In this document: positions 13,651 through 26,400 of the stretch, one piece after another
Layout of the letters: every line of letters begins with the position of its first letter
How positions within the stretch are numbered: position 1 is the stretch's first letter
NCBI RefSeq assembly: GCF_009834535.1
Contig: NC_045697.1
Span: forward strand, 44,332,001-44,396,000
Length of the DNA stretch: 64,000 nt
Source: Camelus ferus
Taxonomy: Eukaryota
Reading direction: 5' to 3'
Made by a program: the position numbers and the translations under genes
Notes under the pieces: generated by a model
What the model was told of the DNA's origin: nothing
The model's database searches: none
Seen by the model: only the letters and a program-made list of their open reading frames with translations

Positions 13651-14352
13651 CATGTGCAAAACATAAATAAAGATTTGTAAACTGACAGTTCCTCTGTTTA
13701 AAAAAACCTACAAATGTGCACACAATCGCTGTGTTTATAAATGGGCTGTGTTTACATATATACAGAGTATAACACACCAGATATGCTGGCTGTAATTCTT
13801 CCAGCCAACAGCATGGTGAATTTATTCCATACATTATGCAAAACAAATAAAACAAATACAGCCAGACAAAAATGCTCTGCATCATTCCATGGAAGTGCTT
13901 GGAGTGTGTGTGATCGTGTGTGCGTGCGTGTGGGCTTGGAACGCAGCAAACAGCTTGGACTGTAGATGGAGTTCTCAGATTCCTCTGAGGAATCAGACTG
14001 TTCCCTGGAACTCTGCTCTTGTTGCAGTTGGAGTTGGCAATTAACACAAAAGATCATTGCTGAAATAGCTGGGAGTTCTCTGGTTTTGTCTGTGGGAAAA
14101 ACTGATAGTTTCCAGGACAGTGAAGTTTAAAAGGTTGCTTAATAAATAGGATGAGCTAAGGCAATTATGTGATGGACTGAGATTCAATTTACAACCCTCC
14201 TTCTATCATCCAGTCAAGCTTATTGATTCTTCCTCCTAATGATATTTGAAATCTACACTCTATTCTAGTCTAACCCCTCACTGTCACCCCAAAACTCAAG
14301 TCAAAAACACCTTATTGACCACAGCACCCTTAGTCAGATCCCTGGTCTCTTG

Positions 14353-14945
14353 CTGTCTGACAAAGGGGATGCATTTGTCAATTTGCCTGCTTTCATGACG
14401 CCCCCTTTTTAAAGCAAGGCAGTAGATCATGGCCCTTCCTAAGTAGACAGAAGGCTACATGACCCTCCCTTCAACCACATTTGGACCTGACTCAAGATTC
14501 ACCTAGCACATTCTCTTTCTTAAGAATTTGGAATTGGGACGCAATGACTCTAATTAGCTATGAATGTTGAAGCTGAAGATCTTGCAGTCTAGAGCTTGAC
14601 ACCATCGGAGGGAAACCATGATGAGCCACGTGGAAACAGAGCAATGGGGAGAGTCGGGAGAGAAGAATGGATATGCCATGGGAAGTGAAGATGAAAGACC
14701 CCATTACCTGAGAAGGAAAGAAAGAAGTAGAGATGGAGAGAGAGAGACATGGCGAGACTACTAGCTGCTCTGGTTTCTAAGGTATTTCAGATCTAGGCAC
14801 TACGGTTCCAGAAGCATGAGGATCCAGGATACACTTCCTCCTTGGGTTCCATGACTTTTCCCTACATCCTTACAATTAGCCCTCCTTGATTTCAGCCAGT
14901 TTGAAGTCGTTCCTACTTTTTGCCCCTAATTAACCATCCCACAGC
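14353..14945 (+). mobile_element. Old MaLR-type LTR (MLT1M/N/O-like)
   Basis: degenerate MLT1 motifs (GAATTTGGAATTGGGA, CCATGATGAGCCACGTGG, GCCAGTTTGAAGTCGTTCCTACTT). Confidence 0.5.
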
Positions 14946-14949
14946 ACCT

Positions 14950-15130
14950 AGTCTATGCTGTGACTTGGCAATTACCATATTATACTGTGGCTGTTTATTT
15001 GCTGTTTCTTTTGCCTCTGGGGCTTTGAATCCCCTTGAGGCAAGAACTTTGTTCTGTTCCTGTTCATCCTTTGTATCCCCAGCATTTAGGGGAGTGATTG
15101 GCATATTAGTAGATATTCAGTAAATGTTTA
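14950..15130 (+). mobile_element. LINE2 3' terminus
   Basis: CCTTGAGGCAAGAACTTTGTTCTGTT...TGTATCCCCAGCATTTAG...GGCATATTAGTAGATATTCAGTAAATGTTT. Confidence 0.7.
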
Positions 15131-15729
15131 GAAAGTATTTTTAGAGTTAGGGGTCAACCTTTTCACAACTTGTATTGATTCTGCCTTATTGTAACTCTAT
15201 TTTTCTACTGGGTTTTGACAGCATAGACATTCCATACAAGCAATTGCTTCTGAGCTGTTCTGGGAATCTGAGTGTGGTGCTTGGAGCAGGGAAATGTCAG
15301 ACTCCTGGGCTGAAAGGGACCAAGAGAGGCCATTGTTCTATGAAAACTGAGATAGTTCTGAAGTGAACGATTAGCAACTCTTTTTTATTTAACAACACTA
15401 TTTAACTTCCCCTCCACACAAATATTGTAGCTATACTAACGGAAAACTAAAAAATTTTTTTAATTCACCCATAATGTCATCACTACAATAAAATAACCTG
15501 ATTTCGTATATCTACACCCCCTGCTAGTCTTTGTTTAGATACATTTATATAACTTCTACAGAGTTGAAATCTCATTAAGATAAAAATATGTTCTCTTTTT
15601 CATTTAACAATTTATCATAATTATTTTTCCATGTTCCTACAGAGACTTTCTAAGTTTTAGTGGCTACATAATATCTAAATTGATTAGATATACTTTAAAT
15701 TATTTAAATTCTCCTGTTATGGGACAGTC

Positions 15730-15845
15730 ATTTTTCTTTTTCTTTCCTTCCTTCCTCCCTCTTTCTTTCCTTCTTCTTTCCTTCCTTCCTTTCTTTTCTT
15801 TTCTTTTCTTTCTTTCTTTCTTCTTTCTATCTTTCTTTCTTTCTA
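15730..15845. repeat. Polypyrimidine (TTTC/CTTC)n simple repeat
   Basis: directly visible. Confidence 0.9.
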
Positions 15846-16329
15846 TTTTCTATGACAACTATAGTTGCTTTGGACATCTATATGTAAATTCTTTTCATCT
15901 TTAGCTTGAGTCAGAATAATTCTGCCTACAGATTTATTCCAGTTACTGGGATAAGGTTCTGCTTTCATGAACAACCAATGTTTACTGAGCACCTACTGCT
16001 TCAGCTGTTAAATGCTGGGGACATGATGATGAAAATGATTCCTGGCCTTCAAAGAGATCTCCTCCGGGTGATGGTGAGAGACACATTAACAGAAAAATCA
16101 GAATATACCCTGGTCAAGCACTATAACATAGGTAAGAATGTGTTGCTTTGGAAGACCAGACGGAGTTTGTCTGGGGTGGGGGTTGCTGCTTGATTTGTCA
16201 TATTTCTTTCTAAAGAGTACAGATGTTCCCTGCCCCAGCGTACACAGTTGTAGATTGCAATCTCTCAGGCCCCAATGTCATTACTAAAGACACTCAAAGA
16301 AGGAAATTTGCAGCCCTCTTAACAGCAAA

Positions 16330-16520
16330 AATCATTTACTGAATTCTTATCATGTTCCAATGATTTATGGACCTAAGACAATTCTTTCAACGACAAGGTC
16401 TTTTATTATTATTGTCCCATTTTACAGAATAAGAAATAGAGGTTCAAAGGAATGAAGTAATTTGCCAGAGTCACACAGCTGGAAAGTCATGGAGCCAATC
16501 TGTGAATTCTAAAGAACCAC
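16330..16520 (-). mobile_element. MIR SINE
   Basis: ATTATTGTCCCATTTTACAGAATAAGAAATAGAGGTTCAAAGG...AAGTAATTTGCCAGAGTCACACAGCTGGAAAG. Confidence 0.8.
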
Positions 16521-16525
16521 ATGTT

Positions 16526-16725
16526 GGGAGGGAGCAGGGTAGAGCCCAGTGGTAGAGTGGGTGCTTAGTGTGCAAGAGGTCCTGGGTTCAATCCCTAGTG
16601 CCCCCACTAAGAAAGGAAGGAAGGAAGGAAGAAAGGAAGGAAGGAAGAAAGAAAAGAAAGAAAGAAAGGAAGAAAGTTAGTTAATTACCTCCTCACCCCA
16701 AATTTTTAAAAGATAAGTAAATAAA
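16526..16725 (+). mobile_element. tRNA-derived SINE (camelid Vic-1 type) with internal (GGAA/GAAA)n expansion
   Basis: A-box-like TAGAGCCCAGTGGTAGAG, B-box GGTTCAATCCC, AATTACCTCC tail; same family as four other copies in the window. Confidence 0.85.
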
Positions 16726-17249
16726 GTGGAGCTACACTCTGCAAATGTATTACCTGCTCTCCAGTCCTTTCTAGCAAGGGGCTTACTGGCACATATTGTA
16801 TTTGTTGTTCTTGAAGCCTTGAGGAAGGGGTTTTGAGTCTACTCAAAACATTCTCTCTTTCATTTTCAACCCACACTAAGAGGCCCTCTTCCCAACCCTC
16901 ATCCCAGCTTTATGGGCTAATGCAGTGTTGGTTCTGCAGACATACTTGGATGGCCATCTGGAAGCCCATTTTGATCCAGCTCCGCTACCAGAGTACCTGC
17001 ACGGACGCTGTGGCAGCAAAGAGCACATTCTTTAGCTTCTTACTGAGGGCAAATATGACCTTCACATCAGGTACTATCTGTCCCTCCATCTTTGACATTT
17101 CTATTTCCAGTCACTGAGGGAATTGCATACAGAAATTTACACGTATGTATGAACTTACCTCTACACAAACACGTACATCGTCTCATAAATGTTTCCTAGA
17201 GTGAGAAATTATTAGCAACAAACCTGCATCTAAATTGGAAAAAGAAATT

Positions 17250-17670
17250 GTTGAGTTCTGGAGAAGCAGCCCCTGAGACAATGGTTCATGAGCAAGTGAT
17301 TTATTAAGGAAACACTCCTTGGAGAAGCCAGTGAGGGAGTGGGGGAAGTGGGACAGGGCAGAGGGAGATGGTGAGTAAGGGTATGATTTCAGACGACGAT
17401 GCTGCTTGCACCTGATTCCCAGGGGAACTCTGAGACAGAGATTGTCTCAGTCAAAGCCAGGGCGTTGAAACTTGGTACGCAGTGAATCACTGGCTTCAGG
17501 CCAGTTTGTGGGGATGTAAACTCTGCGTACTTTTGGCTCTCTGGGCTTGGGCAAAGCAAACCCAGTAGTCCTTAAAAGTCCCCTGAAGAAGGTCCCAGGT
17601 GTAAGATGTTAGAGCAGAAGCAGGCAGAGTGGGGGATGGGCACACAGAACCTGTAAAACGCATCCTGCTT
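17250..17670 (-). mobile_element. ERVL-type solo LTR (LTR16/LTR33/LTR50-group-like)
   Basis: AGAAGCAGCCCCTGAGACAATGGTTCATGAGCAAGTGATTTATTAAGG...GTGAGGGAGTGGGGGAAGTGGGACAGGG. Confidence 0.65.
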
Positions 17671-17699
17671 GGAACAGATTCTGGTCCAGAAATCCAACT

Positions 17700-17920
17700 A
17701 CTCAGCAAGGAGGAGTGAGGTCTCTGGAAGCAGATCTGGATTTGCATTCCGACTTCACTATGTTAGATACACAGCCTCTCTTCACTAAGCCTTGGTTTCT
17801 TCCTTTGTGAAATGGGAATAGTATCTTCTAGGGGAGGTGTAAAAATCTAAGGTATTTTATTTGAAGGACTATTTTGATGACCATCATAAGCAGGCACTCA
17901 GTAAATGGTAGCTATTAACT
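17700..17920 (+). mobile_element. MIR SINE
   Basis: CAGATCTGGATTTGCATTCC...CTAAGCCTTGGTTTCTTCCTTTGTGAAATGGGAATA...GGCACTCAGTAAATGGTAGCTATTA. Confidence 0.7.
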
Positions 17921-18164
17921 CTGATTTAATACAAAGGTAAAATTTTAAATGTACTGAGCCCTGCTGGATCATACACACAAAAATATCCTTTTTCATATCA
18001 TGAAATGTGAATAAATTATACAGAAGATGATATATTTTCCCTGTCACTTCACCTGTGTAGACTGTTCCTTCCCTTAGGGAGAGCCATCAGTCTGGAAATC
18101 AGAAATAAGCTTCTTTTAAACATGCAAGCAGGAGGGAACTTTATTCTTGCTCACAAATGCTCTT

Positions 18165-18595
18165 CATTTTTAACTTTTTATAATGAAAATCTTTGAACAA
18201 ATACAGAAAGAGAGAAGAGAACATACTGAACCCCTGGAGAAAAATACAAACCTAGTTTCAATAATTATTAGCTCATGGCTAATCTTTCATCTGTTCCCCA
18301 CCATTTCCCTCCCTCCTACATTATTTTGAAGGAAATACTAGATATTGTGTCATTTCATCTGTGAATATTTCAATATGTATCTCTAAAAGATAAAGACTCT
18401 TTAATTATAATTTTTAAATTAACATGCAGTAAAATTGCCTTTTGTGATGTCTATATTTACATGAATTTTAACACATGGGTTGATTCATGTAACCATTATT
18501 ACAATCATGATACAGAATAGTCCCATCACCCCAGAGGACTCTTTTATTTATACCACAATGCTATTATTACACCTTTTAGAAATTAACAGTAAAAA
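18165..18595 (-). mobile_element. L1M 3' UTR fragments
   Basis: ATTATTTTGAAGGAAATACTAGATATTGTGTCATTTCATCTGTGAATATTTCAATATGTATCTCTAAAAGATAAAGACTC; GTAACCATTATTACAATCATGATACAGAA. Confidence 0.7.
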
Positions 18596-18909
18596 ACAGA
18601 CTTTTAAAGATAAATATGATCCTATTTATTTACAATCATGTCCCTCTAATATATGAACATCTCCTAAAAATTATCCAATAGAATTATTATCCTTAATATA
18701 TGAACCCTTCCTAAAATTATCCAATAAAAAAATAGTAGTAAGGGAAATGGAAAGGAAGCATGAAACTGGCAACTTTAAAATATTTTAAAACAATGATAAC
18801 ATTCTGTCTTGATAGAGCACAGAGAAGCTGATATTCTCAGACATTGATGGCAGTGGTCCAGATTGTTACAACATTTTTTGAAAGATATCTGGAAATACCT
18901 ATGAAAACT

Positions 18910-18912
<3 letters not shown>

Positions 18913-18955
<43 letters not shown>
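18913..18955. repeat. (TA)n microsatellite
   Basis: about 21 TA units, directly visible. Confidence 0.95.
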
Positions 18956-18959
<4 letters not shown>

Positions 18960-19179
18960 TTGAATCAGAAATCTCACATTTAGGAATATCTTTCAAAAAT
19001 AAAAGCCTAAGTACATAAATATATAATATGTCCAACACATTGCTAATAGAGGCATACACAAAAAAGGAAAACTAAATGTTTACAAATAGGGCTACAGTTA
19101 AATAAATTGATACATACAAATTATAAAATATTTAATAATGTTTTATATCTGTTAAAAATGACTTAGCTTAATTATTTTT

Positions 19180-19730
19180 TGATGCCAGTATTACCTCAAT
19201 ACCAAACCCAGACAAAGACATCACAAGAAAAGACAAATGCTGACCAGTATCTTTTAAAAGTATAGATACAAAAATCTTCAACAACATACTAGCAAACCTA
19301 ATCCAGCAGTGTATTCAAAGGATTATACATCACAACCAAGTGGTATTTATTCCAGGAACGCAAGGCTTATTTAACTCACAAAAATTAATTAATATAATAC
19401 ATCACGTTAATAAAGAACAAGAATGATATGATCATTTCAGTAGATAAGATTTTACAAAATCCAACACGCTTCATTAAAAAAAGCACTCAGAAAACTAGGA
19501 ACAGAAGAGAACTTCCTCAGCCCGATAAAGGCCATCTACAAGAAGCCCAGAGCCAACATCAATATTCAAAAAGGAAAGTCCGAGTGTTTTCTAAGATCAG
19601 GAGCAAGATGAGAATGTCTGCTCTTGTTGCTTCTATTCAGCATTATACTGGGGGTTCAGTCAGGGCAAGTTCAACATGGTTGTTGGTTACAAGATCAAAG
19701 TACAAAAATAAATTATATTTTTATAAACTG
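19180..19730 (+). mobile_element. L1 ORF2 (reverse transcriptase region) fragment
   Basis: GATGCCAGTATTACCTCAATACCAAACCCAGACAAAGACATCACAAGAAAAG...ATAGATACAAAAATCTTCAACAACATACTAGCAAAC...CAAGTGGTATTTATTCCAGGAACGCAAGG. Confidence 0.9.
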
Positions 19731-19734
19731 TCTA

Positions 19735-20660
19735 TTATATTGTGATTTATAATAAGAAATATATATTTGGTTTTCATCCACTGCTCCTGGAACATTGCTT
19801 CTAAAATCCTGGGAATTTCCTAAGTGGTAAGAGTGGTAAAGGTGTCTTTTGCTGTCAAAACAAGCCCCTTTCAACCACACCCAAATTTATGTTAATGAGG
19901 TGACTTTTGGAAAGCCCCTGAGGATGGAGATTGGTTACCAGGGGAACCAACCATGTGACTAGTGGATTGAAACTCTCAGTCCCACCTCCACATCTCTTTG
20001 GAGAGGAGAGGGACTGGAGGTTGAATCAATCACCAATGACCGGTGATTTAATCAGTCGTGCATATGTAATGAAGCCAAAAGGCAGGGCTGGGAGAGCTTC
20101 CAGGTTGGTGTACACTCGAAGGTGCTGGGAGAGTGGCATGCCCTTTCCTCCATACTTTGCTTTGTATGTCTCTTCCATGTGGCTGTTCCTGAGATATATC
20201 CTTTCATAATAACCAATAATCAAGTAAGTAAACTCTTTTCCTGAGTTCTATGAGAAGATCCATCAAATTAACTGAACCTGAGGAGGCTGTTAGAATCTCT
20301 AATCTAGAGCTTTTTGGTGAGAAGCACAGGTAATAACCTGGACTTGAAGTGGGCATCTGAAGTAGGGAGAGGGGACTTTCTCGTGGCACTAAACCCTTAA
20401 TATATGAGATCTAATAGTATCTCCAGGTATATCCATCTATCAGAATAGATAGTGACCCTCAGCTGGTGTCAGAGAACTGTTTGTTGTGTGGAAAACCCAC
20501 CCATCTGCTATCAACAGTGAGGAAGTGCTGTAGGAGTGTATTGAGAATAGAGGAGACATGTGGCGAAGTGTGGTTTTTTTCTTTACATTTCCGTGAGAGT
20601 GGTGGGATTTGCCAGACCAGTGCTGGCTCACAGAAACTTGTGCTTTGGGAAGAAAAAGGA
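19735..20660 (+). mobile_element. MER21-like ERVL LTR with a short stretch of possible leader, inserted in L1
   Basis: AAATATATATTTGGTTTTCATCC...CTAAAATCCTGGGAATTTCCTAAGTG...GAGGTGACTTTTGGAAAGCCCCT...TTCCTGAGTTCTATGAG; LTR ends TTTTTTCTTTACA at ~20587. Confidence 0.8.
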
Positions 20661-20664
20661 TGAA

Positions 20665-22240
20665 TGGGCTGGGAAAAATGAAATTAAGAATGCAACTCAT
20701 TTATAATAGCATCAAAAGAGTAGATACTTGCTATTGTCTGGTTTTTTTTTTTTAATTGATTCTTTAAATTATAGCCATACTAGTGACTGAAGTGGAAAAA
20801 AATTAGAAAAGTTAGAAAACACTAATCAAAATCTCTTTGCAGTTTTGATTAGCATTTTCCCAATGGCTAATTATGTTCAACATAATTAAATAAATTTAAC
20901 AAAAATAATGCAAACTTATACTCTGAAAACTACAAAGCATTGTTGAAAGATATTAAAGAAGAGTTAGATAAATGGAAAGATATCCCATGTTCATGGATTG
21001 GAAAACCAAATATTGTTAAGATGGCAACATCCCCTCAATTTATCTATGGGTTCAATGCAATCTCTATTAAGATAGCAGCTGGCAGCTTTGCAGAAATTGA
21101 CAAACTGATTCAAGAATTTATATGAAAATAGAAGGACCCAGAATATTCCCCTCAAAAAAAAATCTTGAAAAAGAACAAAGTTGGAAAAGTCACAAGTCTT
21201 GATTTCAAAACTTACTACATCAAATAAGAAAGTGTGGTACTGGCATAAGGATAGACATATAGGTGGATGGAATAGAATTGAAAATCCAGAAATAAACCCT
21301 CATATTTACAGTTAATTGATTTTCAACAAGGGTGCCAAGACAACTTAATGGAAGAAAGAATAATCTTTTCAACAAATGGTGCTGAGACAACTGGATACCT
21401 ACATGCAAAAGATGAAGTTGGACTCCTTTCTAATACCATACACATAAAGTAACTCAAAATGAACCAAAGGTCTAATTATAAGAGCTAATACTATAAAGCT
21501 ATTGGAAGAAAATATAGGATTAAACCTTGTGGCCTTGGTTAGGCAATCTGATATGTGACACCAATTTCCAATTTCTCCACACACTCACATAATGCTAGTG
21601 GTAATGCAAAATGGTATAGTTACTTTGGAAAACAGCCTGGTAGTTCCTCAAAAGATTAAATATATTTACTATGACACCAACATTTTACTCCTAGTTATAT
21701 ACCTAAGAGACATAAAAATATATATCCTCCCAAAAACTTGTACACTTATGTTAATAGCAGTATTAGTCATAATAGCCAAAAGGTAGGAACAATCCAAATA
21801 CTGATCAAAAGACAAATAAATAAAATAATAATAAATAAAAAGAAATATCCATTCAATGGAATACTATTTGGTCACAAAAAAAGAATTAAGTATTGATAGA
21901 TGCTACAACATAAATGAACCTTGAAAATATCCTAAGTGAAAGAATCTAGACACAAAAGACCACATATTATGATTCCATTTATATGGCATATTCAGAATGA
22001 ACACAGAGACAGAAAGTAGATTAGTAGTTGCAAGGAGCAGGGGGAGGAGCTGGGGAAAGTGATGAATAACTGATAATGAATATGAGATTCCTTTTTGAGG
22101 TGATGAAAATGTTCTAAAATTGATTATGGTGATAGTTGTGTGATTCTGAAGATACTAAAAATCATTGACTTGTATATTTTAAATGAATGAATTGTATGGT
22201 ATACAAACTACATCTCAATGAAGCTGTGATTTTTTAAAAA
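20665..22240 (+). mobile_element. L1 (L1MB-like) ORF2 C-terminal region and 3' UTR, internally deleted and rearranged
   Basis: ORF 20940-21125 LKDIKEELDKWKDIPCSWIG..IVKM..FNAISIKI..FAEIDKLIQEFI is recognisable L1 ORF2p; 3' UTR motifs GGTGATGAAAATGTTCTAAAATTGATTATGGTGATAGTTG and CTCAATGAAGCTG. Confidence 0.92.
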
Positions 22241-22579
22241 AGTGAGTTAGCTTTATATCCATTGTTTTGGAAGGATGTCTCTGATATATTTTTAAGTGAG
22301 AAGAGAGAGTTCTAAAGTAATATATACATTTTGACTCCATTTTTATGTTAAAATGTGAACATATGTTTATATGAGAATAAAAAAATTTCCAAAGGATACA
22401 TACCAGGCTGTTAATACTGAGAGATAGGAAGGGAGGGGTTGGAGGCAGTGGGAGATTGTTAACTTTTTCTTTATATATATTTGGATTATTTTCACTTTTT
22501 AATTGAGCAAATAGGAACATATATCTTTTTTAAAAAGTGAAATAAAGAAAATAAAATCATTTAAAAAGAGACTGGGGGA

Positions 22580-23420
22580 CAGTGAGAAAAGAAATTGTTG
22601 AACAGGAGAGTGGAGGCAGAAAAAAGAAATAAGGCACTCAAGCTGATGAGGGCTTTCCCTAAAGCAGTAGAAATGAAAAGGAGACAGATTTCTAAGACAC
22701 TGTAAAAGTAAGAGCAAGAAATAGGACTTAGCTGCTGAGTGAAGATGAGATCAAAGAGAAGAGGAATTGTTATTAATCCAAGATTTCAGGCTGTAAGTAA
22801 GGAGATGTCCCTAGAATTTGGTTTTGAGTTGAAGGTACTCGCTAGCTCATCAGGTGGAGACCCGTGATGGATGAATGATTTACGGAGTCGTCTGAAAGAA
22901 AAAATGTTACACAGAGAGAGATCACAGTGTTAGAAGAGAGAGGACCATGGGCAGGATACTGAGGACCACATCCCCATACAGAGCATTCCTGTGAAGGAAC
23001 ATGTGAGGAAGAGGGACATCTAGGAGACTGCAACGATATCCCAGGAAGAGAAGGAGCAGTGAGCTTCAAGGAGGACAGGGAGATGGAGCAGAAGTTCGTA
23101 CAGCAATCAGCGGAACTTGGTGCCTGGAAGCTCATTCCTTGTGAGTCAACAAGGGTGCATTTTCAACAGAGTGGGTGTGGGATCCAGATGGCTGAGGGCT
23201 GAGAGTAAATCAAAGACCTGACTAATGAAGAAGTAGCACGTGAAAACTATGCTTTGGGGAAGTTTCTCATCAATGGGAAGGGAAGGAATGAAATAGGAGC
23301 TTGACTGAGAAAGCAGGATCTTGGGAAGCCGTTTTTAGAGTGGAGGAAATATGCCCACATTTGTAGGCTAAGGGGAAGATCCAGTTGACAGGGAGGGAGT
23401 CTTGGGAGTGGACAGGATAA
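22580..23420 (-). mobile_element. LINE2 fragments
   Basis: long purine-rich antisense L2 pattern (GGAGACAGATTTCTAAGACA, TTTGGTTTTGAGTTGAAGGTAC, TTTCAACAGAGTGG). Confidence 0.6.
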
Positions 23421-26400
23421 AGAATAACAACAGGTGGAGTTACGCATGGAAATAAAGTGAGGAACTTCATCTTCGGACAGGGGAAGAATTATAGAAAGAT
23501 AGAAAGATTTTTTTTTGGTGGAGAGAAGTTGAGCCTCTATCCAGGGGTGATATTTAAAATATTTAGCAATCAGTGCAGAGTGGGCCTCAGCCTTCAGACA
23601 CTGGCTGTGCACCCAACCAGGACGCCCTTTCCTCCATCCCTGTTGATTTTTTAGTTGCTGGTCAAGGCGACCTCTCAGGGAAGAAGCTAGGGCAGACGGC
23701 GGAGTGGGACAACATAACTCGAGGGCTGAAGCAACATTTCCTAGCTAGAACTTTAAAAGTCTGAATAAGAATCATCTTCAAAAATCCCTCAAAAGCAGTC
23801 ATTTGTGACAAAAACAATATCATACCATAAAATAATTCATCTTTAGCTCTCTGGTTGTTTTTTGTCTTTGTTTTTATCAGATAAATAATGGATGCCTTCC
23901 ATAACTCAATGCACGTTGACAAAAGGTCAAACGAGAAGGGATTGACATCAGAACTGTTCACACTCTTTTGGTTTGTTCTCTTGTAGCAAACGACAGTCTC
24001 ATAGTTCACGTGAGGAAAATGGGGATAGAGTGAACTTCAGAATGTGGAATGTTTAATTGAGGTTCTCTCTCAGAGCACCAGCCACAGACCTCGTTGCAAC
24101 TGTTTTCCCACTGGAAGAGGAGAGCGGGGATGATCATACCTAGCACTTGAGAGGACACAGGAAAGTGCTTGGGGATTCTCAGATCACAATTGCCAAGTGC
24201 ATCATGTGGAAACTGTCACCAAGGTAGTTGTATCAACCTCAGCCACACATTGGCCACAAAGGAAGACACCCCGGCAGTCGTCCGTCTGTGTTTCAGAAGA
24301 ATTTCTCCTTCATCCCTCCAAAGTACTGCCCTACTTTAATACCAGCTATGCTGGTCTGAGGGCTGCTGGTCCGGTGGAGCAGACCCCAAAGAAATAATTG
24401 GGCATGCTGATCTAGGGCATGCTGGATGTGGCTGTAGACATTTTAAAAACCCAAACTTTTCCGCCTGCAGGAGACCCTTTATCTAATCCCAGCCCCCTAG
24501 ATGAGGAAACCATGGCAACCAGCTATGTAAGAAAAGGTTAAACCAAGATTTAGATCCATTTTGATCTTTTAATCCAGTATCCTTACTTCTTTCTTGTTGG
24601 AAATCTTACATTATAATTTATTACTCATGAACAGGGTTTCTTGACAAGTAGAATTTGTTTGTAATTCAGGTACGATACTAGCATGAGACATCCCCAGAGG
24701 TTTCAAGGTACAATATGGAACACATTATATTTGAATATATAGCTGATCTATTGACCCAGCGGGACTCGTGGTGTAATCAGAAAGCAGCTTTCTGCCCTTT
24801 TGTCGAGCCTGTTCAGACCTGCACGGTGGGGCTAGTTGTTTTCCTGCCCCTTGGATAAAGTGATGTGTAGTTGCTATGACTTTTGGGGTCACTCTGAGAT
24901 AATAAAAATGCCTCTGGTTCCTTGCAGTCAAAAATATATTCTTACTTCAGTAATTAATATGTTTGATATAGTGTAATAATCGAAAACCCCACACTTCAGT
25001 GGCAAAGGGGAGTAATGGTAGGCTCTCTGTGTTTCTTCCAGCCCAGTGCTTCTCCCCTCCTGGTACATGCAGGAGGCTGTTCAACTCCTCTGGGACTAAG
25101 ATGGGGGAGACAGACTAAGAGGCAGAAAGCTGGCTGTAGCTGGCATGGCTTCCTCTGCCGTGAAGATGGCACTTCTTCTCATTGGTGCTTTTATGGGTTT
25201 GTCAGAACCACCCTCATCACCACCACTCTGCTGCGGAATCTCTCACCACCCGCTTCCTTGGCACAGGCACGTTCATTTTGCCTCTGACTGGTTGCCTTAG
25301 ATTCTCTCCCCCACCCTGCGGCCCGGGGCATCCAGGGGGCAAGTCTCTGGCTCCTTTCTGCTGAGGTCTCTTCGCCCTTCTAAGCAGTCCTCTCAGTTAG
25401 ATCAAAGTCAAGCCCACACTGTTTGTCTCACTATCTTAGATTTGCCTTCCGTGGGAGTAAATTACTTCCCCCACCAGAATCCCTACCCTGCGTTCAGGCC
25501 ACTTTTGCCAACTCTGGCCCTTTAGATTTCTCAGGCATGAGCCAAACACCAGTCCATGGCATTCCCCAAACTGCAGGGGACACATCCCAAGCTCTCCAAG
25601 AGACTGGCCTGAAGTCCCTCTCATCAGACTCAAAGTGAGGGACGAGCCCCCTTTGCCCTCCTCCTGTGGGGAGTGGGTTGTATAGAAGGGACTTCTTAGA
25701 AGAAAACCTGCAACTCCTTCCATAGAAACCTTTCTTAATCCACAGCAGCCTCGGCAGCCTCCACCTCAACCCTTTTATACCCTTCAAGGTAAGTGAGAGG
25801 TTAAGGGAGCACTGCTTTGCAAGTCCTACTTGGTGGTCCTGCACATTGTTTGGAATGTGAGAGTGGTTGGTGACTATTATCTGGGGCCTCTGTCAAGATG
25901 GAAACAATATGTTAACTGCCAGTTGACATCCCATTACCTAATGTATTCTTGTCTACTTTCCAAATACCCCATGAGGTTTTCTTTGATAGGTAGATGTTGA
26001 TAAAGATCAAATGCCATCTCAATGAACTTTGTATGGTTTTGTTGTTTACCAGAGATTACCTGAATTACCAGGGGTTGGATAAGGGCTGGCGATGATTTTG
26101 TTACACAGAGATTATTATTATAACGAGATTCACTGCAATTTGACCAGCAGCAGGGATTCTCAGAATCCTGGGAGTGTTATTTATGAGTTGTGCTTCTCAA
26201 GTCTGTTTTGCCAATAAGGAAAGTGATTTGAATCTTAAACAATAACAAATTGGCTACCCCAAGAGAAAGGAAATAAGAGAATACAGAATTTCTTTGTAAT
26301 TCTAAATATTCTCTAGCGGTTTCAGTTAGATAACAAGGCCACTTATATCAGAAAAGCCACCACCCCCACTCAGATGGATGGATGCCTGTGCTGTGAGTTG

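Noticed and set aside
20940..21786. ORFs with L1 ORF2p similarity as functional CDS
   Set aside because: Short fragments broken by stops, frameshifts and deletions
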